64,000 nt of DNA from Thermoanaerobaculia bacterium (GTDB lineage Bacteria > Acidobacteriota > Thermoanaerobaculia > UBA5066). The translations under genes and the position numbers were made by a program. The stretch lies in NCBI GenBank assembly GCA_963719225.1, contig CAVRAY010000001.1, positions 3,264,001 to 3,328,000 of the forward strand, in the 5' to 3' direction. Positions 27,532 to 37,254 of this stretch are shown piece by piece; the stretch's first letter is position 1, and the number at the start of each line of letters is the position of its first letter. The notes under the pieces are model-generated. The model did not search any database and was not told the origin of the DNA. It was given only the letters and a program-made list of their open reading frames with translations.

Positions 27532-29814
27532 TCAGTCCTCGCCGTTCTCGTCCTTCGCCGCGCGTTGAAGCGCCTGCTTGAAGCGCGGATCGCCGTGCAG
27601 CGAGTCCAGATCGTCGTCGTGCCGGATCTGATTCGGTGAGTTGTAGCCCGCGTCGATCGCCTGGAAGAGGCGCTCGAAGGCCTTGTCCTTCTCCTCGAGA
27701 CGCGCATGGGCGCACGCGAGGTTGTAGAGCGTCGCCGGTTTGCGATAGCCGAGCTCGAGAGCGCGCGTGAACGCCGTGAGCGCCTGCTCGGGCCGCTCCG
27801 CGAGAAGCTGTGCGTATCCGAGGTTGTAGTGCGCGCGGCCGCTCTGGGGATGCGCCTTCGCGTACGCCACGTAGTGCGGCACCTCCTCGCGCCAGGCCGA
27901 GCGGCGCCGGAAGAGGCGCGAGACGCCGGTCTCGAAGTTCGACATCGAGAGGGCGAGGTCCTCGGCCTTCTTTCGGAGCTGCGCGAAGCGGGGGTCGTCG
28001 TGCAGCGTGTCGAGATCGTCGTCGCGCCCGATGAGGCCCGGGTCGTCGAAGCCCGCCTCGAGGGAGGCGTCGAGCGCGTCGAGCGCCTGCGGCACCTTGC
28101 CGGCCCGCGCGAGCGCGCACGCGGCGTTGTACGTCGAGGCGCCCGTGCGATATCCGAGCGACGCCGCCGTGCGGAACGCCTTCTCGGAGAGGTCGAGCTT
28201 CTCGGCGTTGAGGAGCTCCCTTCCGGCTTCGTACCAGCGGGCTCCGTTCTTCGAGCCCTCGGCCGAGAGCTTTTCGAAGCGCTTGACGGCGCGCACCGTA
28301 TCGGCCGTCTTCCCCTCCGCTTTCGCGGCGCGCGCCACCTTCTTCAGCTCGGCGAAGCGCGGGTCCCGGCGCAGGGAGTCGAGATCGTCGTCCCTCCCGA
28401 GGTAGGACGCGACGTCGAAGCCTAGCTCCATCGCCTTGTTCAGCCACGTGAACGCTTCGTCCTTTCGCCCGGCCAGCGCATAGGAGCAGGCGGCGTTGTA
28501 TGCGGCGGTGTCTTCCCGATAGCCCAGCTCCGCCGCTTTGCCGTAAGCCTCCGCCGCCTCGAGGAAGTTATCGTCGTGATAGAGCTCCCTGGCGTGCGCG
28601 TATGCCGCCGATCCGCTCTTGTCTTTGCGGTTGGCCGCGAAGACGACGACGGGGACGGTCTTCACGGCCGCCGCCTTCACCTTCGGGCAAGGGGCCTCCG
28701 TCGGAGCCGCCACGGCCGCGACGAGAGGCTCGTCGCCCTCCGGCAGGGCCGCCATCGCGGGCCGGGCGACACCGGGCACGGCCGCGGCGAGCACGAGCGC
28801 GGCGGCGATTCCAGCGGCCGCGAGCGAGGCCGTCAGGATCCGCGAGGGCGCCCGGCGGCGCCGTTCGGGATCGAGAATGGCGCGCACGCGCTTTTCGAGA
28901 TCCGAGGGGCGCGCCATCGCGAGAACGGGCATCTCCTCCGCAGCTCCGAGCCCCTTCACGATGCCGACGAGATGCGAGGCGTAGTCGGATGCCCGCGTCC
29001 CGTTTCCGAGCACGAGATCGTCCGACGCCTCCTCGGCGCTCCGCTTGAGATGCCGGGCGACGACGTGAACCAGCGGATGGAACCAGTAGGCCGCGGTCGT
29101 GACCTCGGCGACGAGAAGCGCGCCCAGGTCGCGCCGTGAAACGTGCGCGAGCTCGTGCAGGAGGACGACGCGCAGCCGCTCGCGCGGCCACGTGCGCGCG
29201 GACTCCGGCAGCACGAGAACGGGACGAAAGAAATTCGCCGTCATCGGCACGAGTGCTTCCGGCGAGAGGAGAACCGGGACGGTCCGGTTCAGGCCGAGCC
29301 GCGCGGACGCCTCCACCGCGAGAGCCTCGAGGTCCGAATCTCCGGCGGGCCGTGCGTTCCGGATGAGCGTCCGGGCCCGATGGAATCCGACGGCCAGGGC
29401 GGCGAGCGGCACGAGGCCGCCGAGGAGCCAGAGAAACGCCGCGACCTGCGCGAATCCGAGATCGGGGGTCGTGAAGGCCTTCCGGGGACTCTGCGTGAAA
29501 CCGGGCTCCTCGAGGGGAGGCACCTGTACGCCGACGCGCCCGGAGAAGCCCGCGAGGGCGACCGGGACCTCGGATCGCTCGGGAAGCGCGGCGCGCGTCT
29601 CGGGCAGGGGCCTCGGGGCGGGGGAAAGCAGCGGGATCTCCCAGCGCGGCAGGACGAGCCCGAGCACCGGCACGGCGAGCGCGAGAGCGAGACCGAGGAG
29701 CGCGACGAGATGGCGGCTCGCCGCCGAGGCGCGCGCGAGCGCCCGGAGGGCGAACGCCGTCACGAGGAGAAGGAGCGTGGCCTTCACGAGTGAGGCGGCG
29801 AGGAACGCGTTCAT
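27532..29814 (-). CDS. BlaR1/MecR1-like M56 metallopeptidase sensor with C-terminal TPR-like repeats
   Basis: N-terminal TM segments, VLLHELAHV, YWFHPL and EEASDD; three YN.ACxxA..G..D.AF...DDDLD.L..DPRF repeats. Confidence 0.88.
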   Translation of the reverse strand: MNAFLAASLVKATLLLLVTAFALRALARASAASRHLVALLGLALALAVPVLGLVLPRWEIPLLSPAPRPLPETRAALPERSEVPVALAGFSGRVGVQVPPLEEPGFTQSPRKAFTTPDLGFAQVAAFLWLLGGLVPLAALAVGFHRARTLIRNARPAGDSDLEALAVEASARLGLNRTVPVLLSPEALVPMTANFFRPVLVLPESARTWPRERLRVVLLHELAHVSRRDLGALLVAEVTTAAYWFHPLVHVVARHLKRSAEEASDDLVLGNGTRASDYASHLVGIVKGLGAAEEMPVLAMARPSDLEKRVRAILDPERRRRAPSRILTASLAAAGIAAALVLAAAVPGVARPAMAALPEGDEPLVAAVAAPTEAPCPKVKAAAVKTVPVVVFAANRKDKSGSAAYAHARELYHDDNFLEAAEAYGKAAELGYREDTAAYNAACSYALAGRKDEAFTWLNKAMELGFDVASYLGRDDDLDSLRRDPRFAELKKVARAAKAEGKTADTVRAVKRFEKLSAEGSKNGARWYEAGRELLNAEKLDLSEKAFRTAASLGYRTGASTYNAACALARAGKVPQALDALDASLEAGFDDPGLIGRDDDLDTLHDDPRFAQLRKKAEDLALSMSNFETGVSRLFRRRSAWREEVPHYVAYAKAHPQSGRAHYNLGYAQLLAERPEQALTAFTRALELGYRKPATLYNLACAHARLEEKDKAFERLFQAIDAGYNSPNQIRHDDDLDSLHGDPRFKQALQRAAKDENGED

Positions 29815-29815
29815 G

Positions 29816-30217
29816 TCAGCGGCCCTCCTTGCGGGCGTCGGCGATGAGACGGGAAAGGCGCTCGAGCTCTTCCCCGCTCAGCGGGTTCCTGGATTCCAGG
29901 AGCATCGCGGCCACGGCCTTTTCCGTGGAGCCGTCGAAGAACGTCTGGAGAAGGTTCTGAAGCGCCGATCGACGCGCCTTGTTCCTCGGCACGATCGGGC
30001 GGTAGACGTAACGCCCGTTTTCGAGGACGTGCGTGAGATGGCCCTTGTTCTCGAGAACGCGCAGCATCGCGCGGACCGCGGAATAGCCCGGAGGATCCGG
30101 AAGCCTCTCGAGCACCTCGCCGGCCGCGGCCCGGCCCTCGCGGTACAGGATGTCCATGATCTGGCGCTCGCGCCGGGAGAGGTGGAGCTGGTCGGGCGGG
30201 TTGATCGTCTTGGGCAT
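29816..30217 (-). CDS. BlaI/MecI/CopY-family repressor
   Basis: LSRRERQIMDIL, YSAVRAML..LENKG, YVYRP and FFDGS; directly upstream of the M56 gene. Confidence 0.9.
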   Translation of the reverse strand: MPKTINPPDQLHLSRRERQIMDILYREGRAAAGEVLERLPDPPGYSAVRAMLRVLENKGHLTHVLENGRYVYRPIVPRNKARRSALQNLLQTFFDGSTEKAVAAMLLESRNPLSGEELERLSRLIADARKEGR

Positions 30218-30267
30218 GAAGTTCTCCAGAAGATTTTCTTGGAAGGGTGAGAGAAATCCTCCTTGCC

Positions 30268-30321
30268 TGCTAGAAAATTAGCATGTGCTGGAAAAATAGC
30301 CCCCGGTCCCGGGTCTGTCAA
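30268..30321 (-). promoter_or_regulatory. Sigma70 promoter with tandem palindromic operators
   Basis: TTGACA (30316-30321) - 17 nt - TATTTT (30293-30298). TGCTA-N6-TAGCA at 30268-30283 and TGCTG-N6-TAGCC at 30286-30301. Confidence 0.72.
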
Positions 30322-30403
30322 GGGACGAAAGCGCCTTTTTCATGCCTGGAGATACGCGGAGACGGGCCCGCAGGTTTCGCCCGGCGGGAGGATCGGGCCG
30401 TCC

Positions 30404-30838
30404 CTACTTCGCTGCCAGCACCTTCTGGACGCGCGCCGAGAACATGGCGAACATCTTCCCCCCCACCGCCGTGTTCCTCGCGACCCATTCCGCGTTCTGG
30501 AAGGCGTACGGGGACACCTCGCGCCGGAACTCGCCGAGGTACGGGTCGACCCGGGCGAACAGGTACATTCCCTCGCCGTTCGACTCCATGAAGTAGTCCG
30601 CGTTCACGATGCCGTGCTTCACCAAGCCGTAGACCATCTCCCAGTAGGTCGTCGTTTGGCGCCAGGCCGCGTTGAGGGGGTGGTCGGCTTTCGTGACAGC
30701 CTGGACATCGGCGAACGATTTCGGCCAGAAGTCCCGGTTGATCGCGTTGCGCGAGTCGCGCATGACGCTCTCGCGACGAAGCTCATAGGCGCGGAACGCG
30801 AGTTCGGCGTCGTGGTGGTCGGGGTGTTCCTTGCTCAT
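30404..30838 (-). CDS. Conserved-looking hypothetical protein (DUF4760-like helical)
   Basis: DAELAFRAYELRRE..MR and WRQTTTYWEM; clean codon usage. Confidence 0.6.
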   Translation of the reverse strand: MSKEHPDHHDAELAFRAYELRRESVMRDSRNAINRDFWPKSFADVQAVTKADHPLNAAWRQTTTYWEMVYGLVKHGIVNADYFMESNGEGMYLFARVDPYLGEFRREVSPYAFQNAEWVARNTAVGGKMFAMFSARVQKVLAAK

Positions 30839-30873
30839 GGGCCGGAACTGTAACGCACCGACTCGCGGCCGGG

Positions 30874-31170
30874 TCAGCCGCGGATGGGCGTATAGCCCGT
30901 GCAGAAGTGATCGACCATCCTCAAGTCAACCGTCGGCCGGGGCGTCTGCCCGTTCGAGCGCAGCCGGAAGATCTCGAAGCGCACGCCCGGCCTCGCGACC
31001 GCGCGGACCTCGAGCCGGTGGATCGCGTCGGGCGTGACCGCATAGGGACCACATTCCTCGCAGTCCACGGAAAACCCCCGCTCGGAGGAGGCGAAGAGGA
31101 CGTGCTCCTCTCCCACCGAAGCCGGAAAGCCGCAGAGGAAACACGCGCGGGAGGATGGATCCGCGACCAT
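30874..31170 (-). CDS. Small Zn-ribbon hypothetical protein
   Basis: CFLC and CEEC pairs; TAGACT upstream. Confidence 0.55.
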   Translation of the reverse strand: MVADPSSRACFLCGFPASVGEEHVLFASSERGFSVDCEECGPYAVTPDAIHRLEVRAVARPGVRFEIFRLRSNGQTPRPTVDLRMVDHFCTGYTPIRG

Positions 31171-31218
31171 TCGATCCCGAGTCTACGCCGCGGACTGCGG
31201 CATGCTACGTTCCCCACC

Positions 31219-33393
31219 ATGAAGAAGCCCGCCGACGGCGTCGCTATCCTCCTTCCCCTCATGGCCCTCCTCCTCGTGCGGTCCCCACGGGCCCGCGCCG
31301 CCGAGCCGGCCGCCAGAACGCCCTATCCGCCGAGCCGGACCGTGAGCGTCACGGACGTCCTGCACGGCGTTCCGGTGAGCGACCCTTATCGCTGGCTCGA
31401 GGAAGCGAAGCGACCCGAGGTACAGGCCTGGATGAAAGCGCAGGACGACCTCACGCGCCAGCGCCTCGCCTCCCTGCCCGGGCGCGACGCGATCGCCGCG
31501 CGGCTCAAGGAGCTCTATTACATCGACTCCGTCTCCGCCCCGCAGCACCGGGGAACCCGGTATTTCTTCACGCGGAAGCATTCGGACAAGGAGAAGAGCG
31601 TCGTCTACTGGAAAGAAGGACCCGACGGAGCGGAAAAAGTGCTTTTGGACCCGAACACCTGGAGCGCGGACGGAAGCGCCTCTCTGGGCGGATGGCAGGT
31701 TTCCTGGGACGGGACCCGCGTGGCCTACCAGAAGAAGATCAACAACTCCGACGAGGCGACGCTTTACGTCATGGACGTCGCGAGCGGAGCGGTTTCCGAC
31801 GTGGACGTCATCGAGGGCGCCAAGTACGCTCACGCGTCGTGGACGCCGGACGGCAGGGCGTTCTACTACACGTGGCTGCCCGTGGATCCGAAGATCCCGA
31901 CGGCCGACAGGCCGGGCTACGCGGAGGTGCGCCTGCACAGGCTCGGCTCCGCCCCCAAAAGCGATGCCGTCGTGAAAACGAGGACGGGTGATCCGACGCT
32001 CTTTCAGGGCGCGAGCCTGACCCGCGACGGCCGCTTCCTCTTCCTCGTGGTCTCGCACGGGTGGACGTCCCAGGACGTGTGGTTCCGCGATCTCGCCGCC
32101 GACCCGAAGGCCACGGCCTGGACGCCGCTCGCGGTCGGGATCAAGGCTCATTTCGACATGGACGGTTTCGGCGGCAGGATCTTCGTCAAGACGGACGATG
32201 GGGCGCCGAAGAGCCGAATCTTCTCGGTCGATCCCGCGAAGCCGGATCGGGCCTCCTGGAAAGAGATCGTGCCGGAGCGCAAGGACGCGACGCTGGAGGG
32301 ATTCTGGGTGCTCGGCGGCCGCCTCGCCCTGGCCTACCTGAAGAGCGCCACGAGCCTCCTCGAGATCCACGAGATCGACGGAGCTCTCGTCCGCGACGTT
32401 CCGCTCCCCGGCATCGGGACGGTCGGCGGTCTCGCGGGTCGGGACGACGAGGACGAAGCCTACTTCTCGTTCACGTCGTTCACGACGCCCCTGACGATCT
32501 ACAAGACGTCCCTCAAGACGGGCACGACGTCCCTCCATTTCCAGGTCAAGGTGCCCGCCGATCTCAGTCCTTACATGGTGTCACAGGTGTTCTACCCCTC
32601 GAAGGACGGGACGCGCATCTCGATGTTCGTCGTCCATCGCAAGGATCTCGTGCGCGACGGCTCGGCCCGGTGCCTGCTCGAGGGGTATGGGGGCTTCCTG
32701 ATCTCCGAAACGCCGAAGTTCACGTCCGGCGTCATTCCATGGCTCGAGAAGGGAGGCATCTACGCGGTCCCGAATCTGCGCGGCGGAGGCGAGTACGGCG
32801 AAGCCTGGCACGAGTCCGGGATGCTGCTCAAGAAGCAGAACGTCTTCGACGACTTCGCGGCGGCCGCCGCGTATCTCGAGAAGGAGAAATGGACCTCCTC
32901 CGAGCGCCTGGTGCTCCGGGGCGGCTCGAACGGCGGGCTCCTGCTGGGCGCGATGATCACGCAGCACCCCGAGCTCTTCCGGGTCGCCCTGTGCGGCGTG
33001 CCGCTCCTCGACATGGTGCGATACCACCTCTTCGGCTCGGGCAAGACGTGGATCTCCGAATACGGCTCGGCGGACGACGCGGCGCAGTTCCGGGCGCTCC
33101 TCGCCTACTCGCCGTACCAGCACGTGAAGCCCGGGACGAAGTACCCGTCCGTCCTCCTCCTCTCGGCCGACAGCGACGATCGCGTGGACCCGATGCACGC
33201 GCGCAAGTTCGCGGCCGCGCTGCAGGCGGCGTCCAAGGGCGGACCCGTTCTCCTCAGGATCGAGAGGCACGCCGGCCACGGCGGGGCGGATCTCGTGAAG
33301 TCGGCGGTCGCCTCGCGGGCGGACGAATACGCGTTCGCGCTCTCCGAGACGGAGGCCCCGACCGTCGAGGCCCCGGAGACGCCGAAGCACTGA
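31219..33393 (+). CDS. Prolyl oligopeptidase (S9A), secreted
   Basis: DPYRWLE, GYGGF, GGSNGG, DDRV and AGHG; ATG 31219 gives a signal peptide. Confidence 0.93.
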   Translation: MKKPADGVAILLPLMALLLVRSPRARAAEPAARTPYPPSRTVSVTDVLHGVPVSDPYRWLEEAKRPEVQAWMKAQDDLTRQRLASLPGRDAIAARLKELYYIDSVSAPQHRGTRYFFTRKHSDKEKSVVYWKEGPDGAEKVLLDPNTWSADGSASLGGWQVSWDGTRVAYQKKINNSDEATLYVMDVASGAVSDVDVIEGAKYAHASWTPDGRAFYYTWLPVDPKIPTADRPGYAEVRLHRLGSAPKSDAVVKTRTGDPTLFQGASLTRDGRFLFLVVSHGWTSQDVWFRDLAADPKATAWTPLAVGIKAHFDMDGFGGRIFVKTDDGAPKSRIFSVDPAKPDRASWKEIVPERKDATLEGFWVLGGRLALAYLKSATSLLEIHEIDGALVRDVPLPGIGTVGGLAGRDDEDEAYFSFTSFTTPLTIYKTSLKTGTTSLHFQVKVPADLSPYMVSQVFYPSKDGTRISMFVVHRKDLVRDGSARCLLEGYGGFLISETPKFTSGVIPWLEKGGIYAVPNLRGGGEYGEAWHESGMLLKKQNVFDDFAAAAAYLEKEKWTSSERLVLRGGSNGGLLLGAMITQHPELFRVALCGVPLLDMVRYHLFGSGKTWISEYGSADDAAQFRALLAYSPYQHVKPGTKYPSVLLLSADSDDRVDPMHARKFAAALQAASKGGPVLLRIERHAGHGGADLVKSAVASRADEYAFALSETEAPTVEAPETPKH

Positions 33394-33395
33394 GG

Positions 33396-35024
33396 ATGGC
33401 CGAACCCTCGCGGACGCTCGCCGCCGAGGCCGCGCGCCGGCGCACCTTCGCGATCATTTCGCACCCGGACGCGGGCAAGACGACGCTCACGGAGAAGATG
33501 CTCCTCTACGGCGGCGCGATCCATCTCGCGGGCTCGGTGAAGATGCGCCGGAACGCGAGCCGCCACACCACGAGCGACTGGATGGAGCTGGAACGGCAGC
33601 GCGGGATCTCGATCACGACGAGCGTCCTGCAGTTCCCGTACGCGGGCCACCACGTGAACCTCCTCGACACGCCGGGCCACAACGACTTCTCCGAGGACAC
33701 GTACCGCACGCTCGCCGCGGCCGACGCGGCGGTGATGCTCATCGACAGCGCGAAAGGCGTCGAGCCCCAGACGATCAAGCTCTTCGAGGTCTGCCGCATG
33801 CGGCGGATCCCGATCGTCACGTTCATGAACAAGCTCGACCGCGCGGGCATGGGACCGCTCGACCTCATGGACGAAATCGAGCGCGTCCTCGGCATCCCGT
33901 GCCATCCCGTGACCTGGCCGATCGGCTCGGGTCCGGACTTCAAGGGTGTCTACGACCGCTGGGCGAAAACCCTCCTCAGCTACGAACGCGGGGACGGCCA
34001 CCGCGGCGAGCGCGTCGTGCCCGTCGAGGTGGCGTCGATCGACGACCCTCAGTTCGTCTCGGCGATCGGCGAGAAGGCGCACGCGACGCTTCGCGAGGAG
34101 CTGGACCTTCTCGCCACGGCGGGCAACCGCTTCGACCGCGAGACGTTCCTCGAGGGCGGTGTCACGCCGGTCTTCTTCGGGAGCGCGATCAACGACTTCG
34201 GCGTCGAGCCGTTCCTGAAGAGGTTCCTCGAGCTCGCGCCGGCGCCCCTGCCGCGCAAGACCACGACGGGCGAGGTAGATCCCCTCTCCCCGACCTTCTC
34301 CGGATTCGTTTTCAAGATCCAGGCGAACATGGATCCTGCGCACCGCGACCGGGTCGCGTTCGTGCGCATCGTTTCCGGAAAATTCACGCGAGGCATGGAA
34401 GTCCTGAATCCGCGCACCGGCCGCACGCTCAAGCTCGCGAAGCCGCTGCAGTTCCTCGCGCAGGAACGGACGCTCATCGAGGAGGCATGGGCCGGCGACA
34501 TCCTCGGGCTCTGGGACGCGGGAAACCTGCGCATCGGCGACTCGCTTGCCGAAGGGCCGGGGATCGAGTTCGAAGGCATCCCGCGCTTCTCGCCCGAGTT
34601 CTTCAACCGGGTCGTCATGCTCGATCCTGCCAGGAGGAAGCAGCTCAAGAAGGGGCTCGACCAGCTTTCCGAGGAAGGCGCCGTCCAGGTCTTTCTCGAC
34701 CCTGAACGCCTCGAGCGCGATCCCGTTCTCGGGGCTGTGGGCGTCCTGCAGTTCGAGGTCATCCAGCACCGCCTTCGCTCGGAGTACGGCGCCGAGATCT
34801 CGTACGCAAGGCTCCCGTTCACGCTCGCGCGCTGGGTGGAAGGAGAAGGCTTCGACCGCAAGCGCTTCGACGATCCGCCGAGCGTCGCCTGCCTCGTGGA
34901 CCTCGAGGGGCGACCTCTCGCCCTCTTCCAGAGCCCGTGGCACCTCGAGCGCGCCGAGCGGGAGAACCCGAACCTGCGCTTCATCGCGGCCGTCCAGCCC
35001 GGGCGCGCGCGAGCCTCGGCGTAA
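33396..35024 (+). CDS. prfC: Peptide chain release factor 3
   Basis: RRRTFAIISHPDAGKTT, SDWM..E..RGISI, DTPGH and FKIQANMDPAHRDR. Confidence 0.96.
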   Translation: MAEPSRTLAAEAARRRTFAIISHPDAGKTTLTEKMLLYGGAIHLAGSVKMRRNASRHTTSDWMELERQRGISITTSVLQFPYAGHHVNLLDTPGHNDFSEDTYRTLAAADAAVMLIDSAKGVEPQTIKLFEVCRMRRIPIVTFMNKLDRAGMGPLDLMDEIERVLGIPCHPVTWPIGSGPDFKGVYDRWAKTLLSYERGDGHRGERVVPVEVASIDDPQFVSAIGEKAHATLREELDLLATAGNRFDRETFLEGGVTPVFFGSAINDFGVEPFLKRFLELAPAPLPRKTTTGEVDPLSPTFSGFVFKIQANMDPAHRDRVAFVRIVSGKFTRGMEVLNPRTGRTLKLAKPLQFLAQERTLIEEAWAGDILGLWDAGNLRIGDSLAEGPGIEFEGIPRFSPEFFNRVVMLDPARRKQLKKGLDQLSEEGAVQVFLDPERLERDPVLGAVGVLQFEVIQHRLRSEYGAEISYARLPFTLARWVEGEGFDRKRFDDPPSVACLVDLEGRPLALFQSPWHLERAERENPNLRFIAAVQPGRARASA

Positions 35025-37244
35025 ATGACGCGGAGGAGGCGCTGGGCGGCCACCGTGGCGGCCGCGGCTTTCGCCGCTCTCGGCATCTGGCTCTTCGAGA
35101 ACGCCTCGCTCCCGCGCCTGCGCGCCGAGTTCATCCCGTGGATGCACCGGCTCGAGCATTATCGCGACGCGCTCGAGAAGACACGCGAGGCCCTTCGGAC
35201 GCCCGAGGCCCGGCCAGGAGAGCCCGAAGGCATCGCGGCGCTCCGCGCATGGGCGTGGAAGGACCTCGACCGCGTCGCGCTCGTGTCCTTCGATGTCGAA
35301 GGAAAACCAGAGATCAAGAGGAAGAAAGAGAAAGACAAAGATTTCTTAGAAGTATGGGAGCTCAGGGGGACGGCGACGTTCGTCGTGGATGGGTTTCGCG
35401 CGGACGGGGCACGCGTGGAGAGATCTGCTTTGGTTGCGCTGCGGCTGGCCAATGCGGATACGCCCGAGGGTGGCCCTCTTACCTTCTCAGCAAATCTTCT
35501 TTCTTCGATTTCCGAGCGAAGCGAGCAGAATCCGCGCTTTCACGACGCGACGCTCGCGGCGGGGCTCGGCGCGCCGCGCCGCGACCCGCCGCAGAAGCTC
35601 ACGAACCGGCTCATCGACGGGATCTGGCCGGGCTCGGGTGTCGCGGTCCTGGACTTCGATCAGGACGGCAACGAGGACCTCTTCGTGGGCGACGGCATTC
35701 GCTCGATCCTCTACCACAACGACGGCCAGGGTCGCTTTACCGACGTGACAGAGCGTGCGCACCTCGCGTCGTCGTCCTCTGCGGGCATTCCGGCGACGGG
35801 CGTCGCCGCGGGCGACGCGGACGGCGACGGCTATCCGGATCTCCTCGTCACGGACGCCTTCGGTCCGACGCGGCTCTTCCGGAACCGGCGCGACGGCACC
35901 TTCGAGGAGATCACGGCTTCCTCGGGCATCGTCACCGAGGGACCCACGCGTTCGGCCGCTTTCGCGGACGTGAACGGCGACGGCAATCTCGACCTCTTCG
36001 TCTGCGGGACCGGCGATTACTACGGTCAGATGCCCGACCCTCCGTTCGACGCGAACGACGGCCGCCGCAACTTCCTCTTTCTGGGGAACGGCAAAGGCCA
36101 TTTCCTCGACGTCTCCGAGGCGTGGGGCATCGCGAAGCCCACGCGCTGGTCGCTCTCGTGCCTCTTCGCGGACTTCGACGGGGATGGGCGACCCGACCTG
36201 ATCGTCACGAACGATTTCGGCCTGAAGAACCTCTACCGCAACGTCGACGGGAAGCGCTTCGAGGACGTGACGAAGAAGCTCGGCGTCGAGGACCGCGGCT
36301 ACGGGATGTCGGCTGCGTGGGGCGACTTCGACGGCGACGGCCGCGTCGACCTCTACACGACCGGCACGTACACGCAGTGGGGTTTCCTGCACGAGTACCC
36401 GGGGCTCCCGGTGCCGCTTCCCGGCCGGATCTTCCGGCCTATCGCGATCTCGTGGATGGAGAAGATGTGCCGCGGCAACTCCGTCCTCCTCCAGAGGGCG
36501 AAGGGTTCCTTCGAAGATGCGACGGCGCGCTCCGCCGCGGGCCGCGCGGGCTGGAATTGGAGCGTCGCCCCGGCCGATCTCGACAACGACGGCAGCCTCG
36601 ACCTCTACGCCACGAACGGCATGTGGGACGACGGCCGCGCGCACGACCGCGAGCTGGAGTTCTGGTGGGAGACGCTCGCGTACTGGGACGACTACATCGG
36701 TATGAAAAAGACGTTCGACCGGAATGGCGCGGGCGTTCAGGGTATCGAGCGCGACGCGTACTTCGTCAACCGGGGGCCGGGAAAGAATCCGCTCTTCATC
36801 GAGCGGGCCTTCCTCGACGGGCTCGAGCTTCAGACGAACGGACGCGCCGTGGTGGCGTTCGACGCGAACGGCGACGGGGCGCTGGATCTCTATGTCCGCT
36901 CCGTCCAGGCGCCCGAGGCGCTCTTCCTCGGGAGCCGGAAGGACGCCGGCGCGGAACACTTCCTCCGGCTTCGCCTCAGGGGGACGCGCGGAAAGGACAA
37001 TGCCGACGGTCTCGGCGTCCGGGTGACGGCGACGCTGGCCGACGGCCGCGTCCTCGTGCGCGAGAGCGGTTACGCGAGCGGCTACCTGTCCACCGGGAGT
37101 CCCGTTCTCCATCTGGGCCTCGGGCGGGCGGCGCGCGTCGAGAGGCTCGTCCTCAAGTGGCCCTCGGGCTTCGTGCAGGACCTCGGCAGCGTCGCGGCCG
37201 TCGACCGGACTCTCGTCGTGGACGAGGCAGGCGGAATCCGGTAA
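35025..37244 (+). CDS. CRTAC1-like FG-GAP/VCBS-repeat protein with ASPIC/UnbV C-terminus
   Basis: N-terminal TM; many DxDxDG.xDL repeats; C-terminal GYLS...LHLGLG...V..L..KWPSG. Confidence 0.85.
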   Translation: MTRRRRWAATVAAAAFAALGIWLFENASLPRLRAEFIPWMHRLEHYRDALEKTREALRTPEARPGEPEGIAALRAWAWKDLDRVALVSFDVEGKPEIKRKKEKDKDFLEVWELRGTATFVVDGFRADGARVERSALVALRLANADTPEGGPLTFSANLLSSISERSEQNPRFHDATLAAGLGAPRRDPPQKLTNRLIDGIWPGSGVAVLDFDQDGNEDLFVGDGIRSILYHNDGQGRFTDVTERAHLASSSSAGIPATGVAAGDADGDGYPDLLVTDAFGPTRLFRNRRDGTFEEITASSGIVTEGPTRSAAFADVNGDGNLDLFVCGTGDYYGQMPDPPFDANDGRRNFLFLGNGKGHFLDVSEAWGIAKPTRWSLSCLFADFDGDGRPDLIVTNDFGLKNLYRNVDGKRFEDVTKKLGVEDRGYGMSAAWGDFDGDGRVDLYTTGTYTQWGFLHEYPGLPVPLPGRIFRPIAISWMEKMCRGNSVLLQRAKGSFEDATARSAAGRAGWNWSVAPADLDNDGSLDLYATNGMWDDGRAHDRELEFWWETLAYWDDYIGMKKTFDRNGAGVQGIERDAYFVNRGPGKNPLFIERAFLDGLELQTNGRAVVAFDANGDGALDLYVRSVQAPEALFLGSRKDAGAEHFLRLRLRGTRGKDNADGLGVRVTATLADGRVLVRESGYASGYLSTGSPVLHLGLGRAARVERLVLKWPSGFVQDLGSVAAVDRTLVVDEAGGIR

Positions 37245-37254
37245 CTTCCGGGCC

